Source: an uncultured bacterium (GTDB lineage Bacteria > Macinerneyibacteriota > Macinerneyibacteria > Macinerneyibacteriales > DSCS01). From it: a stretch of 64,000 nucleotides of DNA. Under the pieces are notes generated by a model. That model was not told where the DNA came from. It worked only from the letters and a program-made list of their open reading frames with translations, and did not search any database. The stretch is taken from NCBI GenBank assembly GCA_964548195.1, contig CAZJQC010000002.1, positions 32,001 through 96,000 of the forward strand, given 5' to 3'. Position 1 is the stretch's first letter, and each line of letters opens with the position of its first letter. Position numbers and translations under genes: made by a program. This document shows, piece by piece, positions 37,705-45,781 of the stretch.

Positions 37705-38939
37705 CTGCCACCTCCCGTTAAACTGTCAAGATGAATAAAAAAATCATCATAGGATTTTTTCACCGCATTTTCATTTTTCAGCGCCACTCCCCTTTGAGAG
37801 ACCAAACCGGCAATGGCATACGCCATGGCAAGACGGTGGTCCCCGTGAGAGTCAAGGGTGACGCCGCCTCTCACCGTGCCTCCGTTTATCACAATCGCAT
37901 CCGTGTGTGTTATATCGACACCCAGCAGGCGAAAGTCTTCGGTCAGGTGTTTCAACCGGTCCGTCTCCTTGTATCTAAGCCGCTCCACACCGCTTATGAC
38001 ACTGCGGCCGCGAATCGCCGCTGCGAGCACCGTAAGCGGCGGGACAAGGTCAGGGCTGTCGGAAGCGTCAAAGTGAAACGGATCAAGGCGTTTTTTTTTA
38101 ACGCTTACGCCATGCTCGGAGAAGGTGACAGTCGCGCCGCAATGCCTTAATATGCGCACGACATCCCTGTCCGCACCAGTTTCACGGTCCAATCCCTCAA
38201 TAGTGACCTCGCCGTTTATGGCTGCCCATACCATCCAAAAAGCGGCATTGGACCAGTCGCCGGCCACGGTAAATCCGCAATCGCGCGGAAACATCCCTCC
38301 CTTGACAGAATAATGGCCCTCAGAGGGGCTCCATGCACGTCCCCCTGCCCGACGTATCAGTTCCATGGTAAGCTCTATATAAGGCTTGCTGACGTCTTTT
38401 TCCACGGTGACGGAGACCCCCGCCTCGTCCATCATCCCCGCGATAAGAAATCCCGATACAAGCTGTGAAGTCACACCGCCTTTAAGACGTACTATTCGGC
38501 GAACCCCCCCGCTTCTGACATGCATGGGAAGTCCCGATGCCGGAGAACAATACACGCCGGCCGAACCCATTTCCTCGGAAAACCACTTTCCGTTTCGCGC
38601 CGCCAATGCAGCGGATCCGTTTATTGTGAAGGCGCCGTCCAGAGCGGCAAAAACAGGTGTAAACATCCTCAGCGCCAGGGCCGACTCGGCAAAGTCATAT
38701 TCTCCGCCGGGCATGCTTCTTCCTGCGCGGACTTCCAAAGCACTTTTTTTGACAACTACAGTACGCCCGGCCCTTTGGACGACGTCTGCCGCCGCCCTGA
38801 CATCGTCACAATAACCGGGGTTTAATATGGACGTCATCCCCCCGTTTATCATGGCGATGGCAAGCAGCCTCTGCGTAATGCTCTTGGAGCCCGGTATAGT
38901 TATCCGACCGTGCGGATCAGAATGCGTTATCGATCTCAT
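37701..38939 (-). CDS. aroA: EPSP synthase
   Basis: PGSKSITQR, SQLVSG, SKPYI, DWSNA, PDLVP, LRYKETDR, HGDHRLAMA. Confidence 0.94.
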   Translation of the reverse strand: MRSITHSDPHGRITIPGSKSITQRLLAIAMINGGMTSILNPGYCDDVRAAADVVQRAGRTVVVKKSALEVRAGRSMPGGEYDFAESALALRMFTPVFAALDGAFTINGSAALAARNGKWFSEEMGSAGVYCSPASGLPMHVRSGGVRRIVRLKGGVTSQLVSGFLIAGMMDEAGVSVTVEKDVSKPYIELTMELIRRAGGRAWSPSEGHYSVKGGMFPRDCGFTVAGDWSNAAFWMVWAAINGEVTIEGLDRETGADRDVVRILRHCGATVTFSEHGVSVKKKRLDPFHFDASDSPDLVPPLTVLAAAIRGRSVISGVERLRYKETDRLKHLTEDFRLLGVDITHTDAIVINGGTVRGGVTLDSHGDHRLAMAYAIAGLVSQRGVALKNENAVKKSYDDFFIHLDSLTGGGR

Positions 38940-40173
38940 CTTTAATCCGTTTCAGCGTCCGGCGAGCATCATCTTTTCCAGCCAGGATCAACAGGTCTGA
39001 TGCACTCAAATAACGCTCTTTCCGTTTCGCAAGCAAAGCGTCATAGCCATGTTTCATGTCATGCTCTCCCGACAGCATCGGCCGCTCATCCGAGAACTCC
39101 TGATCATCAGGTTTTCTCCACAGCAAAATATTATAGTAATTGTCTTTTACAAACGATCTTATTTCCGCGTCCTCAAGCGTGCCGCCTCCAAGAGCCATTA
39201 TGTCCCAGGCAAGGCCGCTCGCCCTGAAGAAGGCTTTTCGTTCCGCTTCTCTAAAACGGCTTTCGCCTTCACGGAATATCTCCCTGACCGACCGCCCCTC
39301 CATCTCCTCGACCATCGTGTCAAGATCGAACACATTGTATCCGCATTTTTTCAAATATTCGGCAGCTGTCGATTTCCCTGAAAGCATCATCCCGGAGAGT
39401 ACTATCCTTTTTTTAAATACAAGGGGTTTCGTTATTTCACGGCAAACGGCCTCTTCCCCGAACATGAAAGCGTATGAATACAACGCCTGACGGACAAGCC
39501 ATTCCCAGCCGTCATGATATACGATTCCCGCTGACTCGCACATGTCCCGATTATATGTCTCCTTATAATCAGCATCTATCACACATGCGGCTCCCTTTGC
39601 AGTATCATTAAGCACACGGGCTTCTCCGGGCACCGCGGAGATGATGACATCAAACCCGCTGAAATCGGTTTCAGAAAGAAGCGGCCTGAATCCGCATCCG
39701 AATAATGCCGCCGTGAGGCGCCCCTTTTCCTGCGAGCGGTTGAACAAGACCGTCGGAATTCCGCTGCGGCGAAGGGCCCATATGGCTGAACGTCCTGCTC
39801 CGCCGGCGCCGATAACGGCGGCCGGTCCCTTTGGCGGCGGGTAAATGCCGTCAATCATATCCGCCAAAGCCAGCGCATCGGTATTCACACATTCCAACGA
39901 CCCGTTGCGCATGATGCATGTGTTGACTGACTCCGTTTCCCTTCCGGGGCCGGACGATGCATATTTGGACATCGCGACTTTAAACGGGGCAGTGATATTA
40001 AAACCGCGGATATTCATTTCTTCTATGACAGGGAGTATGTCTCCGGCACTATCCACGGATACGCGTAAATATTTTTTGTTGTCGCCAAAATAATTCCGAA
40101 ACAGCTGAGGACTAAGTGAATGGGAGATGTTTTTTCCAAAAACAGCATAAAAGCCGCCATCATTGCAATGCAT
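38917..40173 (-). CDS. aroE: Fused shikimate dehydrogenase - shikimate kinase (AroE-AroK)
   Basis: HSLSP, GFNITAPFK, NTD, GAGGAGR, DGWEWLVRQA; then SGMMLSGKST, DLD..VE, FREAE, ALGGG, RPML. Confidence 0.92.
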   Translation of the reverse strand: MHCNDGGFYAVFGKNISHSLSPQLFRNYFGDNKKYLRVSVDSAGDILPVIEEMNIRGFNITAPFKVAMSKYASSGPGRETESVNTCIMRNGSLECVNTDALALADMIDGIYPPPKGPAAVIGAGGAGRSAIWALRRSGIPTVLFNRSQEKGRLTAALFGCGFRPLLSETDFSGFDVIISAVPGEARVLNDTAKGAACVIDADYKETYNRDMCESAGIVYHDGWEWLVRQALYSYAFMFGEEAVCREITKPLVFKKRIVLSGMMLSGKSTAAEYLKKCGYNVFDLDTMVEEMEGRSVREIFREGESRFREAERKAFFRASGLAWDIMALGGGTLEDAEIRSFVKDNYYNILLWRKPDDQEFSDERPMLSGEHDMKHGYDALLAKRKERYLSASDLLILAGKDDARRTLKRIKDEIDNAF

Positions 40174-40783
40174 CGCGCAACCTCTTCATCTTTTCCACAT
40201 CGTATTGCCCATCCGCCGTAAGATTCCCCCGCATTCCCGCATAAATGATCTTGGCCCCAAGAGTCAGCCCCGCGATGCGGGTGACTCTCCCGGCTTCCCC
40301 CATCCCGATAACAACCGCATCTTCAAGCTCCATCTGAAGGGCCACAAGCTCTCGGGCCTGTGCCGCATTTGCCGGCCGCACGGCAAGTTTTACAATATCG
40401 GCGCCGTATTCCATGGCTTTTTTATAAATATTCCTGAGTTCCGCCGTCTCTATAAAAGATGAATAGTCGTGGAAAGAGCGGATGACGCCTGTGTTTTTCT
40501 CCCCCCGCCGTTCTGATCTGAAAATACTCGCCGGGTATACCGCGTCATCCCATGGTATATCCACATAAAACACATTATATTCTATCGCTTTCAGAAAAAG
40601 GCCATCCAGGCCGGCACTGTGCGACTCGGGGAATTTCAATATAATATTGCGCCGTTTTGCCATTAACAATCCGATCTTCTCGATCTCCCAGCCTGCGGCA
40701 TCAAGACGTATCTCAACAGCGTCATTCTCTTCACAGAGAGATTCGAGATCATATTCACCGGGCATAAGACTTAACGCGATCAT
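40160..40783 (-). CDS. aroD: Type I 3-dehydroquinate dehydratase
   Basis: EIRLD, YVDI, IRSFHDY, ADIVKLAV, IGMGEAGRVTR, TADGQ. Confidence 0.9.
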   Translation of the reverse strand: MIALSLMPGEYDLESLCEENDAVEIRLDAAGWEIEKIGLLMAKRRNIILKFPESHSAGLDGLFLKAIEYNVFYVDIPWDDAVYPASIFRSERRGEKNTGVIRSFHDYSSFIETAELRNIYKKAMEYGADIVKLAVRPANAAQARELVALQMELEDAVVIGMGEAGRVTRIAGLTLGAKIIYAGMRGNLTADGQYDVEKMKRLRDALQ

Positions 40784-40789
40784 GTCAGT

Positions 40790-40818
40790 ACTATATATTC
40801 AGTTCTTCATCTTATCAA
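40790..40818 (-). promoter_or_regulatory. Sigma70-type promoter, probably leaderless, for aro operon
   Basis: TTGATA (40818-40813), N17, TATAGT (40795-40790), 6 nt, ATG 40783. Confidence 0.7.
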
Positions 40819-40867
40819 GCTTATAGATGGAGGCGCATGAGAACGAAGTGCGGGTATTACCGGGCTG

Positions 40868-40892
40868 AAAAAAGGGGCGCCGAAGGCGCCCC
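40868..40892 (-). terminator. Intrinsic terminator after TPR-SLH gene
   Basis: GGGGCGCC-TTC-GGCGCCCC followed by TTTTTT. Confidence 0.92.
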
Positions 40893-40905
40893 GATGAAAT
40901 GATGT

Positions 40906-42000
40906 TTATTTGAAGAACTGTTTCATTTTTTTAATCGCCATCACGGCTTTTCTTCCGGGCACTGTCTCGTTGATGCCGAATTCACCTGAGATGTCTGTCT
41001 CCAGTATGCCTCTGCTTGTACATATCATGATCGCGTTAAACGCGAAATGTGAGGCAGGCACGTCTTTAAACGGTGACGGGGTGCCTATGTACTGAGTGGC
41101 AAGCGCGGGATCGTCAGACACTTTTATGAGTACCCTTGAGATAAAAAGGGCGTAATCGGCTTTGGTGACATTTTTGTCCGGATAAAACTTTCCATCCGGG
41201 AAAAGGTCTATTATGCCGTTCTCAACGACCTTGGACACGAAAGAATATGCCCAGAAATCGCTTTCCACATCGGGGATCTCAACGGTCCGGGAAGGTTTGT
41301 CGCCGGCGCCGTATTCCACGAACCCGTTGTTCTTCTCGTCTTTAAAGAGGTCTTCGACAGACAGCTCGTCTATAAACAACGCGGCCACATCAGCCCTGGT
41401 TATCGTAGGGTTCAACGCGATCCTTCTGGCCGCCTTTCCCATACCGGCGACAGCCACCTGTATTTCGTTCATCTCATTGATGTAAGCGATCGTCTCGCCG
41501 TCGTCCGCTTTGATATTAAGGGCTGCGGTATACCATTCCCGCGCATCCTCATACTCGCCCAGACGATAATAAGCGTATCCGACGTTCCTTTTTGTGATCT
41601 CTGAAGACTCATTAAGCTTGTGAGCCCTGGTAAATGACTTGAGCGCTTTTTTATGCCTGTTCATGGCAACAAAGACTTTGCCCTCGGCAATATAGCCCTG
41701 CCAGTATTTTCCGTCTCTGGAAGTGGATTCTTCGGCATATTTCAGGGCGGAGTCAAGTTTGCCTTCTCCCAAATATGAATATGCCATGCCCTCATAGGCA
41801 GGCGCGTAATCAGGATCCAGGCTTTTTGCGAGATTAAACTCGTTGAAAGCTTTTTCCCACTCTTCGGCGCTTATGTATTTCATTCCTTCACGGTAATGAG
41901 AACCGGGAGTGTCCATGATGCTTTCCTGTTTTCTGTCAGGTCCGCAGGCAGTCAGCATGACGATAAACAATACCGGCAAAATAATCAATAATCTTTTCAT
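40906..42000 (-). CDS. Lipoprotein with TPR repeats and SLH domains
   Basis: Lipobox LTAC; TPR-like LDPDYAPAYEGMAYSY; SLH-like ITRADVA, PDVESDFWAY..GII..PDGKFYPDKNVTKAD, FKDVPASHFA. Confidence 0.88.
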   Translation of the reverse strand: MKRLLIILPVLFIVMLTACGPDRKQESIMDTPGSHYREGMKYISAEEWEKAFNEFNLAKSLDPDYAPAYEGMAYSYLGEGKLDSALKYAEESTSRDGKYWQGYIAEGKVFVAMNRHKKALKSFTRAHKLNESSEITKRNVGYAYYRLGEYEDAREWYTAALNIKADDGETIAYINEMNEIQVAVAGMGKAARRIALNPTITRADVAALFIDELSVEDLFKDEKNNGFVEYGAGDKPSRTVEIPDVESDFWAYSFVSKVVENGIIDLFPDGKFYPDKNVTKADYALFISRVLIKVSDDPALATQYIGTPSPFKDVPASHFAFNAIMICTSRGILETDISGEFGINETVPGRKAVMAIKKMKQFFK

Positions 42001-42017
42001 TCGTCTTTTCCCCCTTG

Positions 42018-42839
42018 TCATTTAAGTAAAAATATTACCCTGCACTTTTTTACCTGTTCGAGAAGGTTGCCGTCATTGGTGATCCTGGCTGCATCCTCAT
42101 CGGAGATGTAAACATCCATACTGTTGTCAGACACCTTGACCGCTTTGATCACCATGGGGTTATCCGTGACTCTCTCATCGGCTTTTGCCATCTTCAGGTC
42201 CTTGGCATAGCCCACAACGCCCATTTTCACCGCATAATCCGGGTCGACATAAGCGGCGTCATATACAGGCGTGTTGTTGACCGAATAGACCCTCGGGGCC
42301 ATGCAAGGCAGCACTGTGAAATCAGTGGCGTCAATGACAATGCCCGTATACGCATCGCCCGCGCCCTCTTTTACGTCACCGGCGACTTTTGGTATCTCCT
42401 GGGGCGTATCATAAAGAGGCAGCATGATCCGCGCGATATCTCCTGTTATGGAAATACTCAAAACGACTTCTATTGTGCCGTCAGACATGTATTTTATCTT
42501 TTCTTCCTTGTAACCCCTTAAAACGCCCTGCACCTTTGATTTGATGACATCATCCTTAAGCATGAAATTTTCTACAGTCGTCTCTGATGTGACATTGACG
42601 CCCTGAATGATCTCAAGCAGATTTCGCTGCGCATCCTGCAATGCGGCGCGTTTTGCTGCAGGCCTCTGTGCCGCTGCCGGCAAATTGGGGTTTGGCGCAC
42701 CGATCCCGACGGCTTTTATTACTAATTGCGTCCAATCGATCTCGCCTTTGTCCATCTGCTCCACCATATTGGAATCTTGCGCAGATATACCGGCAAATAC
42801 GAATATTATCATCAATAAAACCGTCATCAGTCTTTTCAT
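42018..42839 (-). CDS. Secreted LPP20-like conserved protein
   Basis: Signal peptide; IDW..IKAVGIG, AKRAALQDAQRNLLEIIQGV.V.SETTV, YTGIVIDA..PCMAPRV. Confidence 0.7.
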   Translation of the reverse strand: MKRLMTVLLMIIFVFAGISAQDSNMVEQMDKGEIDWTQLVIKAVGIGAPNPNLPAAAQRPAAKRAALQDAQRNLLEIIQGVNVTSETTVENFMLKDDVIKSKVQGVLRGYKEEKIKYMSDGTIEVVLSISITGDIARIMLPLYDTPQEIPKVAGDVKEGAGDAYTGIVIDATDFTVLPCMAPRVYSVNNTPVYDAAYVDPDYAVKMGVVGYAKDLKMAKADERVTDNPMVIKAVKVSDNSMDVYISDEDAARITNDGNLLEQVKKCRVIFLLK

Positions 42840-42868
42840 AGTAACCTCCTTGTATAATTAGTCTACCA

Positions 42869-42896
42869 ATTATAGCAACTGTAAATAGTTTATCAA
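42869..42896 (-). promoter_or_regulatory. Sigma70-type promoter of LPP20-like/TPR-SLH pair
   Basis: TTGATA (42896-42891), N16, TATAAT (42874-42869) with extended -10 TG. Confidence 0.7.
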
Positions 42897-42901
42897 GTCA
42901 A

Positions 42902-43897
42902 TCAACATGTTGTTACGACAAATAAATCAAACAAATAAACAACCGCGGCGGCCATGATCCCGGCAACCGCATCATCCCCCATCACGCCCCATCCGTCCTT
43001 CCTTCTGTCTACAATATTTACAGGAAAGGGCTTAAGTATATCGAAGAACCTGAATGCCACAAACGCCACCAGGACGTTCACAGGAGCCCCCCCCGCGAAG
43101 AGAAGAGGTATAAACTGCCCGACAAACTCGTCCAAGACCACAGAAGAGGGATCTTCATCACCGAATATCCTCCTGCACCCTGATGCGAGAAATGCGCCTG
43201 ACAAAAATACGGGGACCATCCACAGCAGGTTCATCCAGCCCGCGCCCTTCAGCAGAAACCAGTAAGCCGCCACCGCGGCAAGGCTTCCGAACGTCCCCGG
43301 GGCCACTCCTATCTTGCCCACCGAAAAAAGTGTCAGCCAGGACTCGGCAGACTTGTCTGTGAACTCACGCGTGGTGACAACCCCTTTGTTTTTCACTATA
43401 TAATCGATTCCCGAGTACAGAGTCAGGACCAGTGCGGCATAAAGGAGTATGAGGTCCGTATGCCACAATGCACCGTTTGTAAGGACGTTGAGCATCCCGG
43501 ATATTATTGCGGCCAATTGAACCGTCGTCTTTACCTTGCCGCTCCAGACCGCTGCGATCACTTTGCCCTTTGCCAAAGCGGCGTTTCTGTGCATAGTCAC
43601 CCCGATCTCCCTGACCAGCATCAGCAACACCGGTATCAATGGGAAAAAACCCATTATTATAAGCATAAAGAACGCCGAATAGACCAGGAGTTTATCCGCG
43701 AAAGGATCCCAGATCTTGCCGAAGTCACTGACCCATTTATACTTTCTCGCGAGATAACCGTCAAGATAATCGGTCACTGACATAAACAGAAACAGTATAA
43801 AACCACTCCAGGCGGTAGAAGCGTCTGAAAAAAGATAGGCATATACCGGTACCAGCGCTATTCTAATAATCGTCAAAATATTCGGGATGTGTCTCAT
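42902..43897 (-). CDS. pgsA: Fused PGP synthase - phosphatidylglycerophosphatase A (PgsA-PgpA)
   Basis: IPNILTIIR, TDYLDGYLARK..FGKIWDPFADK, GKVKT; then APGTFGS, DPSSVVLDEFVGQ, FRFFDILKP, GVMGDD. Confidence 0.93.
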   Translation of the reverse strand: MRHIPNILTIIRIALVPVYAYLFSDASTAWSGFILFLFMSVTDYLDGYLARKYKWVSDFGKIWDPFADKLLVYSAFFMLIIMGFFPLIPVLLMLVREIGVTMHRNAALAKGKVIAAVWSGKVKTTVQLAAIISGMLNVLTNGALWHTDLILLYAALVLTLYSGIDYIVKNKGVVTTREFTDKSAESWLTLFSVGKIGVAPGTFGSLAAVAAYWFLLKGAGWMNLLWMVPVFLSGAFLASGCRRIFGDEDPSSVVLDEFVGQFIPLLFAGGAPVNVLVAFVAFRFFDILKPFPVNIVDRRKDGWGVMGDDAVAGIMAAAVVYLFDLFVVTTC

Positions 43898-45182
43898 ACA
43901 GAATCTCTCCCTCCAAATCATATTCGTAACTTCCCGTAATGCGCGCCCTGTGGAACTCACCCTGCAACGCGCCTTTATCATCTATGAAGACCGAGCCGTC
44001 GACTTCCGGAGCGAAAAACCACGGCCGGGCGTCTTCCCCGGACACATCGGTCAGCAGATCGAACTCGCGGCCGACATATGACTGCAGGTCATCCGTCCGT
44101 ATTTCCTTCTGGATGTTCATCAGAAGATCAAGCCTCTCCTCTTTGACCTGATCCGGCACCATGTCTCCGAGCGAGGCGGACGCACTTTTTTCCTGCGGAG
44201 AGTACATAAACACCCCGACATGGTCCAAACGCTCGGAACGGACAAAATCCGCAAGCTTTTCAAAAGACCTCTCGGTCTCGGCGGGATAGCCCACTATGAA
44301 TGTCGTCCGTATCACCGGTTCTTTGAAGCGGCGTCTTATCAGCCCTATTTTTTCCCGGATCGCGTCCAGTCCGTAACCTCTCTTCATAGACGCCAGGACT
44401 TCATCGTCAACGTGCTGAAGCGGGATGTCAAAATACGGCAAAATATTGTTCCTTTCCACGGAATCCAGAAATCTCGCATCGATCTTCCTGATATCAAGAT
44501 AGAGAAGCCGTTTCCATGGCACAGTAAACTCACCGAAAAGGTCAAGCAGTTCATTCACATCGCTGTTGATATCGTGTCCGTAAAATGAAGTGTTCTGGGA
44601 GACCGCGATGATCTCCTTAAGTCCGCCCTCCGCCGTCAAGCGGGCCAGCTCACCGCGTATATCCGCTATGGCTCGGCTTCTCTGAGGCCCGCGGATCAAC
44701 GGTATCGTGCAATAAGAGCAAGCGAGGTCACATCCGTCTGAGACCTTTATAAAGCGCGAATAAGACGGGCCAAGCGGGTCGCGAGATGTATAGGGGCCGG
44801 TATAGCCTTTTTCCCCCCGCGGGTTCGGCCGGGCGTTCCCGGCGATAATATCGTAGATGTTGTTGTATTCTGAGGGTCTTACCCAGATGTCGACTTCGGG
44901 AATTGCTTCAGTGACTTCATCCATATAAAGTTCCGGGAGACAGCCGAGCACGGCGATCTTATAATCGCCGTCGCCGTTTTTTCTCGCTTCCGCGAAACCG
45001 AGTATGGCCTCTATGCTCTCTTCCTTTGCAGGGTCTATAAAAGAGCATGTGTTGATGAGTACCACATCCGCGTCCGCGGCATCATCAGATCTTTCATATC
45101 CGCCGCGCAGTAAAAGCCCGGATATCTGTTCGGAATCGACCGTGTTCTTGTCACAGCCGAGAGTCGCTATAAAATATCTCAC
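43863..45182 (-). CDS. rimO: Ribosomal protein S12 methylthiotransferase
   Basis: LGCDKNTVDSE, NTCSFI..AKEESI, KVSDGCDLACSYCTIP..RG, IPLQH, RTTFIVGYP, APEVDG; GTG start assumed. Confidence 0.95.
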   Translation of the reverse strand: MRYFIATLGCDKNTVDSEQISGLLLRGGYERSDDAADADVVLINTCSFIDPAKEESIEAILGFAEARKNGDGDYKIAVLGCLPELYMDEVTEAIPEVDIWVRPSEYNNIYDIIAGNARPNPRGEKGYTGPYTSRDPLGPSYSRFIKVSDGCDLACSYCTIPLIRGPQRSRAIADIRGELARLTAEGGLKEIIAVSQNTSFYGHDINSDVNELLDLFGEFTVPWKRLLYLDIRKIDARFLDSVERNNILPYFDIPLQHVDDEVLASMKRGYGLDAIREKIGLIRRRFKEPVIRTTFIVGYPAETERSFEKLADFVRSERLDHVGVFMYSPQEKSASASLGDMVPDQVKEERLDLLMNIQKEIRTDDLQSYVGREFDLLTDVSGEDARPWFFAPEVDGSVFIDDKGALQGEFHRARITGSYEYDLEGEILYETHPEYFDDY

Positions 45183-45186
45183 ACTG

Positions 45187-45777
45187 TCACTCCGGGAGAG
45201 CCGTTTTTCTGTATGAGTCAAGCCTGAAAAGCCATCCGGCATCCTGCAATACTTTTAATGCCCTGAATCTGTAGACGACTATGTTGCCGCTGAAAAAATC
45301 AAGCGTAAGCCTTTTGGGAAAATCGGAGCCCCCGAATTCGATGTTCATCATCTCGATATCACCGCTGTCCTCGCTTTTTGATCTTAACCTGAAGATGTCA
45401 CCCTCTCCGGAGACCTCAAAGATCTCGTCGGCTTTTGACAGCATCTCAAACGGCGAGATAAAGATCATGTCGGACAAATCGCCTGTCATGAGTTCGTCGT
45501 CGTCAGCCACATAATCGACATATCCGCTATCATTGGTTATGATGGTCTCTTTCACAGGGTCTGTATATTCTATTCTGAAGTTCCTTGCGGGACTAAACCA
45601 GAGATGGCCCTTGTATTCACTCTGCAGTTCCCCGTTATGGGAATATACACGCTGCTCGAACGGGACTGACAACACCTTGCCGGAATCGACAAGTCTTATA
45701 AGGTCATCCAGGCCGTCTGCGCGGGACACGGAAATGAAAATAAAAACGGTGAAAAGAAAACTCAAATACTTTCTCAT
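45187..45777 (-). CDS. lolA: Outer-membrane lipoprotein carrier LolA family
   Basis: Signal peptide, FEQ..G.LW..P..FRIEY..P; ftsK-lolA-rimO context. Confidence 0.75.
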   Translation of the reverse strand: MRKYLSFLFTVFIFISVSRADGLDDLIRLVDSGKVLSVPFEQRVYSHNGELQSEYKGHLWFSPARNFRIEYTDPVKETIITNDSGYVDYVADDDELMTGDLSDMIFISPFEMLSKADEIFEVSGEGDIFRLRSKSEDSGDIEMMNIEFGGSDFPKRLTLDFFSGNIVVYRFRALKVLQDAGWLFRLDSYRKTALPE

Positions 45778-45781
45778 GGGT

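Noticed and set aside
40160..40173. Frameshifted AroD-AroE fusion
   Set aside because: 14-nt overlap with its own ATG is typical of junctions in this window; no obvious slippery site
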